Below, one piece after another: positions 9,619-19,316 of a DNA stretch of 64,000 nucleotides. The notes under the pieces are model-generated. The model worked only from the letters and a program-made list of their open reading frames with translations, had not been told where the DNA came from and made no database searches. The stretch is from Ferruginibacter sp. Lineage in GTDB: Bacteria > Bacteroidota > Bacteroidia > Chitinophagales > Chitinophagaceae. The position numbers and the translations under genes are program-made. The stretch spans positions 2,524 through 66,523 of the forward strand of contig JANXVN010000041.1 of NCBI GenBank assembly GCA_025351645.1, in the 5' to 3' direction. Every line of letters begins with the position of its first letter. The first letter of the stretch is position 1.

Positions 9619-10587
9619 TTATCCTTCTACATTAAACAACCCTTCTACAAAATCTTTTTTATTAAATATCAATAAGTCTTCTGCCTTTTCACCAACACCG
9701 ATAAATTTTACAGGTATATTAAATTGATGGGCTATAGCCAGCACCACACCGCCTTTTGCGGTACCATCTAATTTTGTAATAGTTAGCGCCGTAACATCTG
9801 TGGCGGCTGTAAAATGTTTTGCTTGTTCTAACGCATTTTGTCCGGTGCTGCCATCCAAAACCAGCATTACTTCATGCGGCGCTTCGGGTATTACTTTTTG
9901 GATAACACGTTTAATTTTGGTCAATTCATCCATCAGGTACGCTTTGTTATGCAAGCGCCCTGCGGTATCAATAATAATTACATCAACATTTTTAGCTACG
10001 CCGCTAATTACTGTATCGTAAGCCACTGATGCGGGGTCGCTACCCATTTCTTTTTTTACGATTGGTACATTGGTACGTTCGCTCCAAATGGTTAGCTGAT
10101 CAACTGCTGCTGCCCTAAAAGTATCTGCAGCGCCCAACAAAACTGATTTGCCTGCCCGTGAAAAATTATGCGCCAGCTTACCAATTGTTGTAGTTTTGCC
10201 TACGCCATTTACACCTACCACTAAAATTACATGCGGCTTGTGCCCGGCAGGTAATTCGTAATTTTCGTAAGCTGTATCCTGCGGAGCAGCAACTAATATA
10301 TTTTGTATCTCTTGTTTGAGGATACCGTTGAGCTCGCTGGTATTGAGGTATTTATCTTTGGCTACTCTTTTTTCTATCCGGGTAATGATTTCTACTGTTG
10401 TTTCTATGCCCACATCAGCGCTTACCAATGCTTCTTCCAGGTTGTCCAATACTTCTTCATCTACCGTGCTTTTGCCGGCGATGGCTTTAGTTATTTTGCT
10501 AAAAAATCCCTCACGGGTTTTTTGAAGGCCTTGTTCAAGGGTTTCCTGCTGTTGTTTTTTGCCAAAAAGTTTATCAAAAAGTCCCAT
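9619..10587 (-). CDS. ftsY: Signal recognition particle receptor FtsY
   Basis: GVNGVGKTTTIGKLA (P-loop), DTAGR, TKLDGTAKGG. Confidence 0.95.
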   Translation of the reverse strand: MGLFDKLFGKKQQQETLEQGLQKTREGFFSKITKAIAGKSTVDEEVLDNLEEALVSADVGIETTVEIITRIEKRVAKDKYLNTSELNGILKQEIQNILVAAPQDTAYENYELPAGHKPHVILVVGVNGVGKTTTIGKLAHNFSRAGKSVLLGAADTFRAAAVDQLTIWSERTNVPIVKKEMGSDPASVAYDTVISGVAKNVDVIIIDTAGRLHNKAYLMDELTKIKRVIQKVIPEAPHEVMLVLDGSTGQNALEQAKHFTAATDVTALTITKLDGTAKGGVVLAIAHQFNIPVKFIGVGEKAEDLLIFNKKDFVEGLFNVEG

Positions 10588-10674
10588 GCTTATAATCTCC
10601 TAAAAGATATTTTATTTGATGATTAGTATAAATTAAGCTACTAAAACCTTGGATGGGTTTGGGTAAAATTAAGA

Positions 10675-10704
10675 AAGCTGTTCCGATATTAATCAGAACA
10701 GCTT
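10675..10704 (-). terminator. Hairpin between the DUF4295 gene and ftsY (9-bp stem AAGCTGTTC/GAACAGCTT)
   Basis: Read directly. Moderately T-rich after the stem on the minus strand. Possible terminator or attenuator. Confidence 0.4.
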
Positions 10705-10732
10705 GAATATATTAATGCTCAATACGTGAAAA

Positions 10733-10903
10733 CTATTGGCCTAAATGTTCTTTGATTTTGTCTTTGTGGATGATAGACTCCTTAAAAGTGTATGCACCGC
10801 TTTTAGGGCTACGTACGGCACGTATAACTTTTGTCCAGTTCTTAGCATCTGCTGAAGCCTTGGTATCCTTAATTTTTGAGTTTTTTGAAGCTGCTTTTGC
10901 CAT
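10733..10903 (-). CDS. DUF4295 family small protein (56 aa)
   Basis: Below the ORF-track size cutoff. MAKAASKNSKIKDTKASADAKNWTKVIRAVRSPKSGAYTFKESIIHKDKIKEHLGQ. Its position directly downstream of rpmG-rpmB is the conserved Bacteroidota arrangement. Confidence 0.75.
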   Translation of the reverse strand: MAKAASKNSKIKDTKASADAKNWTKVIRAVRSPKSGAYTFKESIIHKDKIKEHLGQ

Positions 10904-10999
10904 GACTATTTAATTTGAAAATTATAAAATTTGAAAATTTGAAAATGAATGGAACCAGCACCATTGGCTAATTGTCACATTTTCTAATTTGCTAATTAT

Positions 11000-11182
11000 C
11001 TATTTAATTTCTTTGTGTACAGTTACTTTTTTAAGTATTGGGTTGAATTTCTTCAGTTCCAAACGTTCAGGAGTATTCTTTTTGTTCTTTTTTGTAATGT
11101 AGCGGCTGGTACCTGGTTTGCCACTAGCTTTATGCTCAGTGCATTCCAAAATAACCTGAACCCTGTTACCTTTCTTTGCCAT
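11000..11182 (-). CDS. rpmG: 50S ribosomal protein L33
   Basis: [18 protein letters not shown]...[22 protein letters not shown]. Confidence 0.95.
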   Translation of the reverse strand: MAKKGNRVQVILECTEHKASGKPGTSRYITKKNKKNTPERLELKKFNPILKKVTVHKEIK

Positions 11183-11230
11183 TGTTATTGAGTTTATTAC
11201 CCGTTCCCCTTCAAAAGAGAATGGGTGGGT

Positions 11231-11467
11231 TTAAATTTTTTCGCCTGCAGCCCTTAGTTCTTTTACTACTGAAAACAAGCCGTTTTTGTTGATGGTCCTG
11301 ATTGCTTCTGAAGAAACTTTTAAGGTTACCCATTTATCTTCTTCAGCTAAAAAATAGCGCTTGGTTTGCAAGTTTGGCAAAAACCTACGCTTGGTTTTTA
11401 TGTTTGAATGTGATACTTTATTACCTGTGATAGGCTTCTTTCCGGTTACCTGACATACTCTAGCCAT
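11231..11467 (-). CDS. rpmB: 50S ribosomal protein L28
   Basis: [34 protein letters not shown]. Confidence 0.95.
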   Translation of the reverse strand: MARVCQVTGKKPITGNKVSHSNIKTKRRFLPNLQTKRYFLAEEDKWVTLKVSSEAIRTINKNGLFSVVKELRAAGEKI

Positions 11468-11577
11468 TGTACTAATTTTTTGGACGGCGAAGGTAGGGAA
11501 AACATTTCATTTTTGGTAGATGAAAGTTGATTTTTTTTAATTGCCCGTTGTAAAGATAATATAAGCTGTAAAAAAAT

Positions 11578-12468
11578 CTAGGTTTTTGAGTAGGAAAGCT
11601 GCCGGTTCTTATACCAAAGCAAGCCCATTTGCAAAATTACGGCTAATAAAATAAGCCCTACGCCGATGTAAAAATGCCCATTCAACGCTTTGTTTTCTTT
11701 TAAAAAAATAAAAGCCAGCAAGATGCCGTAAACAGGCTCCAGATTGTAACTTAACGTGCTGGTAAAGGCCGAAACTTTTTTTAAAGCATTCAATTGAAGG
11801 TCGAAGCATACTACGGTGCAAAGCCACGCAAGTACAAAAAGCCATACCCAATCCCAGTTGGTAGGCATATAATAAGCAGCCGGAAATTTCATTAAGTAAA
11901 AAGGCACCAGCAAGCTCAACACCAAAAAACCGCCGCCTAGCTCGTATAATGTAAGTGTAGCGGGCGTAAAACGCTGCAGTAGTTGTTTATTGAATATAGG
12001 GAATATGGAACTAAGTATTGCTGCGATGATGCCGAAAACAATGCCCACTTTATATTGCGGGTGAAAATCGAAGATGATGTAAATGCCTGCAATGGCTATT
12101 AAGCCTAACAATACTTCCCTAAGGATAATTTTTCTCCTGAAAATAAGCGGCTCAAAAAAAGCGGTAAAAAAACCTGATGCAGAGAGGCATACCAGCGCCA
12201 CTGAGGCATTGGCATATTTGATGCTGCCATAAAAAGTTACCCAATGTGCGGCTACTATAAAACCTACACCGCATATTCTTAAGGCGTCTTTTAAAGAAAT
12301 GCGTTCTAATTGTTTCCTGAAAAATAAGATGAGCCCTAAGGTTAGCACGGTCAATAATAAACGGTACCACACAATTAAGCCTTCATTTAAACCGATTAGC
12401 TTACCTAATATGGCCGTGAACCCTGCGAGAAAGATGGCGATGTGTAATTGTATTAAGGCTTTTTTCAT
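11578..12468 (-). CDS. EamA/DMT family transporter
   Basis: About 10 hydrophobic helices in two EamA-like halves. ATG at 12468; ORF track start 12477 is TTG. Confidence 0.75.
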   Translation of the reverse strand: MKKALIQLHIAIFLAGFTAILGKLIGLNEGLIVWYRLLLTVLTLGLILFFRKQLERISLKDALRICGVGFIVAAHWVTFYGSIKYANASVALVCLSASGFFTAFFEPLIFRRKIILREVLLGLIAIAGIYIIFDFHPQYKVGIVFGIIAAILSSIFPIFNKQLLQRFTPATLTLYELGGGFLVLSLLVPFYLMKFPAAYYMPTNWDWVWLFVLAWLCTVVCFDLQLNALKKVSAFTSTLSYNLEPVYGILLAFIFLKENKALNGHFYIGVGLILLAVILQMGLLWYKNRQLSYSKT

Positions 12469-12700
12469 GCGGGGCAAAGATAGGATTTGGCGTAAAAAGC
12501 AATGAATTAGTTAATCAACAGACATTTTTTTTGCCACGGCTTTTATCTTATTTATATTCAGCACATTTAACAGCGAAATTTTTTGTAACACTACTTTTAT
12601 AAAGGCTTTTTAGGTGGCTAAGTATAACCTATCCCTTGGCTGTAGTGTGTTATTTCAATTGATCGTCACAAGCTTACTTTCTACTGCGCCCCATACATAG

Positions 12701-12810
12701 TGGTAAAAGCCCAATAAAAAACAAAGTACAAGAGTGCGACGTCCGCCCGGCTGCCATTCAGACGGGCCTATGAAGGCCAACATAGCTGCTGTATTAGCCC
12801 GGACAAAAAT
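12701..12810 (-). repeat. Family C intergenic element (copy C1, minus orientation)
   Basis: The reverse complement TTTTTGTCCGGGCTAATACAGCAGCTATGTTGGCCTTCATAGGCCCGTCTGAATGGCAGCCGGGCGGACGTCGCACTCTTGTACTTTGTTTTTT aligns along its length with 56071-56170. Confidence 0.8.
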
Positions 12811-12877
12811 TGTATTCCCTAACTTAATTCGCTAATTATATGGAGCTGATAAACTAATTATTTACCTTCGCAGCCAC

Positions 12878-14410
12878 ATGACGGAAAAAATTTTAATACT
12901 CGATTTTGGTTCTCAATACACACAGTTAATTGCAAGGGCAGTTAGGGAAGCCAATGTTTATTGCGAAATAACGCCTTACAACAAAGGCATAGTTTTTGGC
13001 CCTGAACTAAAAGGCGTTATCCTTAGCGGATCTCCGTTTTCGGTAAATGAAGAAAATGCGCCAACGGTGGATATAGCAGCCATTGCCGCCCAGGTACCCG
13101 TACTGGGCGTATGTTATGGCGCTCAGTTGACCGCTAAATTGTTTGGTGGCAAAGTAGAAAAAAGTGATAAGAGAGAATATGGCCGTGCACGTTTAGAAAT
13201 TATCCAACAAGATACTTTACTACAAAACGTATTGCCGCAAAGCCAGGTTTGGATGAGCCATAGCGATACCGTAAAAGAATTGCCGGAAGGCTTTGAGATT
13301 TTAGGCACCACCGATAGCATTCCTATTGCTGCGTTTATGCGTACCAGTGCAGGCAAGCCTTTATACGGCATCCAGTTTCACCCGGAAGTGTACCATAGCA
13401 CCGAAGGAAAGGCCATCATCAAAAATTTTTTAGTAGCTATTTGTGGCTGCACACAAGACTGGACACCAGCACATTTTATAAGCGATACCGTTGCTGCGCT
13501 GAAAGAAAAGATTGGCGATAAAAGAGTGATAATGGCATTAAGCGGTGGCGTAGATAGTACCGTTGCGGCTACATTGATACACAAGGCAATCGGCAATAAT
13601 TTATTCGGGATTTTTGTAGATAACGGCGTACTGCGCAAAAATGAATTTGAAGAAGTACTAGCCACTTACGACAAGCTTGGGCTGAACGTAAAAGGCATTG
13701 ATGCCAAAGAACATTTTTACACAGCCCTGGCAGGTAAGACAGACCCTGAAGAAAAAAGAAAAATAATAGGTGGCGGGTTTATAGAAATATTTGACCAGGA
13801 GGCCAAGCTGCTGGAAAACATTGATTTTTTAGGGCAAGGCACTATTTATCCTGATGTGATTGAATCTGCCGCTGTACACGGGCCATCGGTTACCATTAAA
13901 TCGCACCATAACGTTGGCGGCCTGCCTGATACTATGAAGCTTTCTTTGGTAGAGCCCTTGCGTTCGCTGTTCAAAGATGAAGTACGCAAAGTAGGCGTGG
14001 AGCTTGGCTTGCCGCATGATATGTTGTTTAGGCACCCTTTTCCTGGCCCTGGCTTAGGCATCCGTATTTTAGGAGAAGTGAATGAAGAAAAGGTACGATT
14101 ATTGCAAGATGCAGATGCTATTTATACAAATGGCTTAAAAAAAGCTAATTTGTATTCGAGTGTGTGGCAGGCTGGTACTATTTTATTGCCGGTAAAAAGC
14201 GTAGGGGTAATGGGCGATGAAAGGACGTACGAATTTACAATAGCTTTACGTGCTGTAACTTCTGTAGATGGCATGACGGCGGATTGGGCACATTTGCCCT
14301 ATGAATTTTTAGCTGATATCAGCAATGAAATAATTAATAATGTAAAAGGCATTAACAGGGTGGTGTACGATATAAGCAGCAAGCCGCCCGCTACTATTGA
14401 ATGGGAATAA
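12878..14410 (+). CDS. guaA: GMP synthase (glutamine-hydrolysing)
   Basis: GATase domain (GVCYGAQL), ATP-PPase SGGVDSTV, C-terminal ...KPPATIEWE. Confidence 0.95.
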   Translation: MTEKILILDFGSQYTQLIARAVREANVYCEITPYNKGIVFGPELKGVILSGSPFSVNEENAPTVDIAAIAAQVPVLGVCYGAQLTAKLFGGKVEKSDKREYGRARLEIIQQDTLLQNVLPQSQVWMSHSDTVKELPEGFEILGTTDSIPIAAFMRTSAGKPLYGIQFHPEVYHSTEGKAIIKNFLVAICGCTQDWTPAHFISDTVAALKEKIGDKRVIMALSGGVDSTVAATLIHKAIGNNLFGIFVDNGVLRKNEFEEVLATYDKLGLNVKGIDAKEHFYTALAGKTDPEEKRKIIGGGFIEIFDQEAKLLENIDFLGQGTIYPDVIESAAVHGPSVTIKSHHNVGGLPDTMKLSLVEPLRSLFKDEVRKVGVELGLPHDMLFRHPFPGPGLGIRILGEVNEEKVRLLQDADAIYTNGLKKANLYSSVWQAGTILLPVKSVGVMGDERTYEFTIALRAVTSVDGMTADWAHLPYEFLADISNEIINNVKGINRVVYDISSKPPATIEWE

Positions 14411-14459
14411 AATATACTTGCAAGAATATACAGGAGGCTTAACGTTTATTTATTTAGCC

Positions 14460-14611
14460 GCAGATCCAAAGATTACGGTTGTATCCAATCTGCGCATCTG
14501 CGGCAAAGATTAATCAACACCTACTGCCAATGTTACTGCAGATTCAAAAAATTACGGTTGTATTTAATCTGCACATCTGCGGCAAAGTTTAATCAACACC
14601 CTATTGCCAAT
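14460..14611 (+). repeat. Family D: tandem direct repeat, two copies with a 78-nt period, each containing a GCAGAT(T)...(A)ATCTGC hairpin followed by ATCTGCGGCAAAG
   Basis: Copy 1 is 14460-14531 and copy 2 is 14538-14611. They align by eye with a few substitutions. Confidence 0.8.
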
Positions 14612-14656
14612 TTTTGATATTAATTCAACAGCCCAACTTGCGATAAAGTTAAAAAT

Positions 14657-15883
14657 ATGAATAAATTATTTTCAGGAAGAAGGTTGGGTTTTTTGCTGGC
14701 TACCCTGCTGGCCATAGCTTTTAATTCTACTATTTTATCCGCCAACGCACAAAGCAATACTGCCAACATTAGGGTTAGCAAAACTTATAACGTAGGTATT
14801 TTTGCGCCTCTTTACCTGGATACTATTTTTACAAATACCGGCACTATCCGCTTTAAAGATGCCATCCCAAAATTTATGACGCCTGGGCTGGAGTTTATCC
14901 ATGGCGCACAAATAGCGCTGGATTCTATGGATATTGAAAAAGGAAATGTAGACGCCTATATTTATGATACAAAATCCTACACAGAAAATGTAGCACAACT
15001 GATAGCTAATAAAAAACTGGATAAGCTCGATATCATAATCGGCTCTGTTAAAGATAATGAATTTAAGCAATTGGCAGATTTTGCCTTCTCAAAAAATATC
15101 CCTTTTATTTCCGCCACTTACCCCAACGATGGCGGCGTTACAGCCAACCCTTTTTTAGTGGTTGTCAACTCTACTTTAAAAGCGCATTGCGAAGCCATCT
15201 TTAGCTACCTAATACAAAACCATGGCACCGATAAAATTTTTCTTTGCCGCCAAAAAGGACCGCAGGAAGATAAAGTGGCCGCCTATTTTAAACAAATAAA
15301 CGGGCAGGAAGGCAAGCCCCTGCTGGATATACAAACATTAAACTTTGATAGCACTGTTTCGCCAGGGCTTATCAGGAACAAGCTGGATAGTAACCGGCAA
15401 ACCGTTATAATCGGCGGCTCGCTCGATGAAACTTTTGCCACTAACCTTACCGCCGCCTGTTACGAGCTGCATGAAACCTACCCCATTACTTTATTAGGCA
15501 TGCCTAACTGGGATAATTTTAAGGCACTAGTGAAGAAGGATATGTACGAAGATTTTCCAGTCTATTTTACTACGCCGTACTTTAACACCAAGTGGGATGC
15601 CTATAGTAAAATGCTGAATAGCGCCTACACAAAAAAATATAAAAACAAAGCGACCGATATGGTTTTTAAAGGGTTCGAATGCACGTATCTTTTTACAAAA
15701 CTGGTAACGAAATACCCCGGCGATGTGATGAACCATTTAAACGACAAAGGCTTTAAAGTTTTTTCCGACTACAATTTTAGGCCGGTAATGCTAAAAAAAG
15801 ACGCCAATTTTCCAGATTATTTTGAGAACAAGCATTTATATTTCGTAAAAATAATGAACGGTGCAACCAGCAAAGCCTGGTAA
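14657..15883 (+). CDS. Periplasmic-binding-protein type 1 (Leu/Ile/Val-binding-like) substrate-binding protein, secreted
   Basis: Signal peptide ...LLAIAFNSTILSANAQ. Overall PBP1-like pattern (VGIFAPL..., IIGSV...). Family call from general resemblance only. Confidence 0.5.
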   Translation: MNKLFSGRRLGFLLATLLAIAFNSTILSANAQSNTANIRVSKTYNVGIFAPLYLDTIFTNTGTIRFKDAIPKFMTPGLEFIHGAQIALDSMDIEKGNVDAYIYDTKSYTENVAQLIANKKLDKLDIIIGSVKDNEFKQLADFAFSKNIPFISATYPNDGGVTANPFLVVVNSTLKAHCEAIFSYLIQNHGTDKIFLCRQKGPQEDKVAAYFKQINGQEGKPLLDIQTLNFDSTVSPGLIRNKLDSNRQTVIIGGSLDETFATNLTAACYELHETYPITLLGMPNWDNFKALVKKDMYEDFPVYFTTPYFNTKWDAYSKMLNSAYTKKYKNKATDMVFKGFECTYLFTKLVTKYPGDVMNHLNDKGFKVFSDYNFRPVMLKKDANFPDYFENKHLYFVKIMNGATSKAW

Positions 15884-16008
15884 TGCGTACCACCATATAA
15901 TTAATTGTAAAGCCCGTACCAGCGGGCTTTTTGCGTGGTATGTATTTTTTGCAGGCACAACAATATGCCCGCTTATTTGTAAGTATAATAACCTTTTTAT
16001 TTATAGCA

Positions 16009-16158
16009 ATGACGCACAAAAAACAACATCTGCCAACTAAAATTTGCATTGTTTGCAACCTTCCATTTACCTGGCGTAAAAAGTGGCAGAAAAATTGGGA
16101 AGAAGTAAAGTACTGCAGCGACCGTTGCCGTAGTAATAAAAAGACAATGGTTAGTTAA
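16009..16158 (+). CDS. DUF2256 zinc-ribbon-like small protein
   Basis: [45 protein letters not shown]. The ORF-track N-terminal extension from 15931 is not needed. Confidence 0.75.
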   Translation: MTHKKQHLPTKICIVCNLPFTWRKKWQKNWEEVKYCSDRCRSNKKTMVS

Positions 16159-16185
16159 TGTAATGGGTGTAGTTTCAAAATATGG

Positions 16186-16435
16186 TTTTTTGTTGCCCCA
16201 ACCAATACAGCAGCTATGTGCAACTGCGGTGGCGTCGCACATTTGTACAAAAGACAGCAGCTATAATGAACATTACTGAACTATGCAGATTGGCAATGAG
16301 GGGAATTCAAGCCTCCCTGCTCTCCGAAGGAGGGTTCAAGCACATTTATATTGAAGAGGTTTATGATTTGGCAGAGTCTGGAAACTATTGTTGGAGGGTA
16401 AGGAATCCACACACTTGTACTTCAGTTTTTCAGGG
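16186..16435 (+). repeat. Family A/C composite element (copy A2, degenerate)
   Basis: 5' module TTTTTGTTGCCCCAACCAATACAGCAGCT (16186-), hairpin unit AGCCTCCCTGCTCTCCGAAGGAGGGTT (16310-16336), decayed partner about 16380-16408, 3' module CACACACTTGTACTTCAGTTTTTCAGGG (to 16435). Confidence 0.7.
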
Positions 16436-16566
16436 ATCTTACATAACTAACTTTAGAGCATATCAAATAACAGTAGGTAATAAATTAATAAGTTTAAATA
16501 CCTCTTCCTAAAAAAGTAGGGTCGTAAAATAACCCCTCTTTAGGAGACGGGGCAACTATAAAAATA

Positions 16567-17622
16567 ATGGCATTAATAGAATTTTCCGACAAAGGCCTAT
16601 ACTGCCGCCAGGGCAACTTCTATATCGATCCCTGGAAGCCGGTAGATAAAGCCATCATTACCCACGCACACAGCGACCATGCACGCCCTGGAAGCAAGTA
16701 TTATTTGTGCCACCATCTTACCAAACCTTTATTGCAGCTACGCTTAGGCGATAACGTATACGAAAGCGTAGGTTGGAACGAACCGGTATTTATAGATGGC
16801 GTAAAAGTATCGCTTCATCCCGCAGGACACATCATTGGCGCCGCCCAAATAAGGGTTGAATACAACGGCGAAGTATGGGTTGCCAGCGGCGATTATAAAA
16901 CCGAAAACGATGGCATAAGCGGCTCTTTTGAACCCGTAAAGTGCAATGTATTTATAACAGAATCTACCTTTGGGCTGCCCATTTACAAATGGAAAAAACA
17001 AGCCGATATTTTTGACGATATTAAAAATTGGGTTGCCCAAAATAAAGAAGATAAAAAAACAAGCGTGCTGATTGCGTATAGTTTAGGCAAAGCGCAACGG
17101 GTGCTAATGCCTTTATCTAAAATGGGGCTGCCAGTCTACGTACACGGTGCCGTTTGGAACGTACACCAGGCATTGGTAAACAGCGGCTGGAATTTACCGG
17201 AAGTTATAAGGGTAACGCCCGAAACACCTAAAGAGGATATGGTTGGAAACATAGTAATAGCGCCACCCAGCGCAGACGGCACGCCATGGATGAAAAAATT
17301 TTACCCCTACAGCGTAGGCACCTGCAGCGGCTGGATGCAGGTACGGGGCAATGCCCGCAGGCGCAATACAGACGCCGGTTTCGCCCTAAGCGACCATGCG
17401 GATTGGGAGGGGTTATTGCAAGCCGTAAAAGCCACCGGCGCTGAAAAAGTGTTCGCCACGCATGGCTTTCAGGCAGCGTTTAGCCGCTACTTAAATGAGC
17501 AGGGCATAGAAGCTGGCGAAGTAAAAACAGAGTACGGCGGCGAAGAAGAAGACAATAAAACCGAAGCCATTATAGAAGACCAAGCAGATAATACAGCCAT
17601 CATAAACGAAGAAAATGTATGA
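16567..17622 (+). CDS. Ligase-associated DNA damage response exonuclease (metallo-beta-lactamase/beta-CASP fold)
   Basis: HAHSDH (HxHxDH) motif. 4-nt ATGA overlap with the ligase gene. Confidence 0.85.
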   Translation: MALIEFSDKGLYCRQGNFYIDPWKPVDKAIITHAHSDHARPGSKYYLCHHLTKPLLQLRLGDNVYESVGWNEPVFIDGVKVSLHPAGHIIGAAQIRVEYNGEVWVASGDYKTENDGISGSFEPVKCNVFITESTFGLPIYKWKKQADIFDDIKNWVAQNKEDKKTSVLIAYSLGKAQRVLMPLSKMGLPVYVHGAVWNVHQALVNSGWNLPEVIRVTPETPKEDMVGNIVIAPPSADGTPWMKKFYPYSVGTCSGWMQVRGNARRRNTDAGFALSDHADWEGLLQAVKATGAEKVFATHGFQAAFSRYLNEQGIEAGEVKTEYGGEEEDNKTEAIIEDQADNTAIINEENV

Positions 17623-19292
17623 AGCAATTTGCAGATCTGGTAAATGTTTTAGGCACCAGCACAAAAACAAATGATAAGCTAAAAGCCTTGCAAAATTATT
17701 TTGCCGTAGCGGCAGATAAAGACAAGACATGGGTGATAGCCATCTTTAGCGGGCGGCGCCCCAAGCGTATTATTAACTCAACTATTTTGCAGGGCTGGTG
17801 CAGAGAAATTATCGGCATTACGCAATGGTTGTTTGATGAATGCTACCATACCGTTGGCGACCTTGGCGAAACAATCGCCTTATTATTACCAGAGCCCGAA
17901 CATCGTACGGCCTTTACTTCCGAACACACTTTATCTTATTATTTAGAAACATTTATCCGTATTGAAAAGGAAGCAGACGAAGTAAAAAAAGAATTTATTA
18001 TAGATAGCTGGCAACAGATGGGCCGCAATGAAAAGTTTGTGTTTATCAAGCTGATAACTGGCGGTTTTCGCATCGGCGTTTCGCAAAAAATGATGGTGAA
18101 TGCGCTGGCAAAATCGGTGGATATCTCGCCTTCTATCATTGCCCACCGCATTAGTGGCAATTGGGACCCGGCAGAAACTGCCTTTGATAATTTATTAAGC
18201 GAAGATGCCGCCAATACTGACTTTTCGAAGCCTTACCCATTTTATTTAGCCTATGCTGTAGAAGAAGATTTAAAGAGTTTGGCAGAGGAAAACCAATGGC
18301 AGGCAGAGTGGAAATGGGATGGCATACGAGGGCAGGTCATCAAGCGCAACAACGATTTTTTTGTATGGAGCCGAGGCGAAGAATTGATGACAGAAAAGTT
18401 TCCAGAGTACAACGAATTTAAAAATATGTTACCAGAAGGAACCGTGATAGATGGCGAGATCATCAGCCTTGCTGCACCTGCACAAGATGGCATTTTTAGG
18501 CCTTTGCCATTTGCCGCCTTGCAGACAAGGATAGGCAGAAAAAACATCACCAAAAAACAATTGACAGAAGCGCCCGTAGGTTTTATAGCTTATGATTTAT
18601 TAGAGTATTTGGGCGAAGATATCCGTTACCGGCCGATGGTAGAAAGAAGGGCATTGCTGGAAGAAATTATCGGCAACATCCATCATCCCGCATTGCATAT
18701 TTCGCCGGTAATCCCCTTTACAAATTGGGATGAATTACGGGAAGTGAGGACAGGCTCCAGGGATATGGGCAGCGAAGGCATTATGCTAAAAAGAAAAGAC
18801 TCGCCTTACCAGGTTGGCCGTAAAAGAGGCGATTGGTGGAAATGGAAAATTGACCCGCTTACAATTGATGCCGTAATGATATATGCACAAAAAGGGCACG
18901 GCCGCAGAAGCAACTTATATACGGATTACACGTTTGCCGTAAAAGATGGCGACAAACTAATCCCGTTTACAAAAGCTTATAGCGGGCTTACGGACAAAGA
19001 ATTTGCACAGGTTGATAATTTTGTAAAAAGAAATTCCTTAGAAAAGTTTGGACCGGTACGCACTGTAAAACCAGCGCTCGTTTTTGAAATTGCATTTGAA
19101 GGGATTGCCGCTAGCAATCGCCATAAAAGCGGCGTGGCATTACGTTTTCCGCGGATGAGCCGTTGGCGTACCGATAAAAAACCCGATGAAATAAATACGC
19201 TGGATGATTTGAAGGAAATGTTAAAAACCTACAATGCCCAATACACCATCGAAGCTAATGATGGCAGCGCTTTAAACACATCAACAATATAA
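17619..19292 (+). CDS. ATP-dependent DNA ligase
   Basis: Adenylation motif I EWKWDGIRGQ (KxDG), GEGIMLK, OB-fold C-terminal region. Confidence 0.9.
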   Translation: MKQFADLVNVLGTSTKTNDKLKALQNYFAVAADKDKTWVIAIFSGRRPKRIINSTILQGWCREIIGITQWLFDECYHTVGDLGETIALLLPEPEHRTAFTSEHTLSYYLETFIRIEKEADEVKKEFIIDSWQQMGRNEKFVFIKLITGGFRIGVSQKMMVNALAKSVDISPSIIAHRISGNWDPAETAFDNLLSEDAANTDFSKPYPFYLAYAVEEDLKSLAEENQWQAEWKWDGIRGQVIKRNNDFFVWSRGEELMTEKFPEYNEFKNMLPEGTVIDGEIISLAAPAQDGIFRPLPFAALQTRIGRKNITKKQLTEAPVGFIAYDLLEYLGEDIRYRPMVERRALLEEIIGNIHHPALHISPVIPFTNWDELREVRTGSRDMGSEGIMLKRKDSPYQVGRKRGDWWKWKIDPLTIDAVMIYAQKGHGRRSNLYTDYTFAVKDGDKLIPFTKAYSGLTDKEFAQVDNFVKRNSLEKFGPVRTVKPALVFEIAFEGIAASNRHKSGVALRFPRMSRWRTDKKPDEINTLDDLKEMLKTYNAQYTIEANDGSALNTSTI

Positions 19293-19316
19293 AATGTTAT
19301 TTACTTAAATTGAAAC

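Noticed and set aside
14460-14611. CRISPR-like array
   Set aside because: There are only two direct repeats of about 72 nt with a 6-nt gap, no unique spacers and no cas genes. It is a tandem duplication, not CRISPR.
16182-16511. 109-aa plus-strand ORF between the DUF2256 and exonuclease genes
   Set aside because: It lies entirely over the degenerate A/C repeat element (16186-16435). Its sequence is the translation of repeat modules found in non-coding contexts elsewhere.
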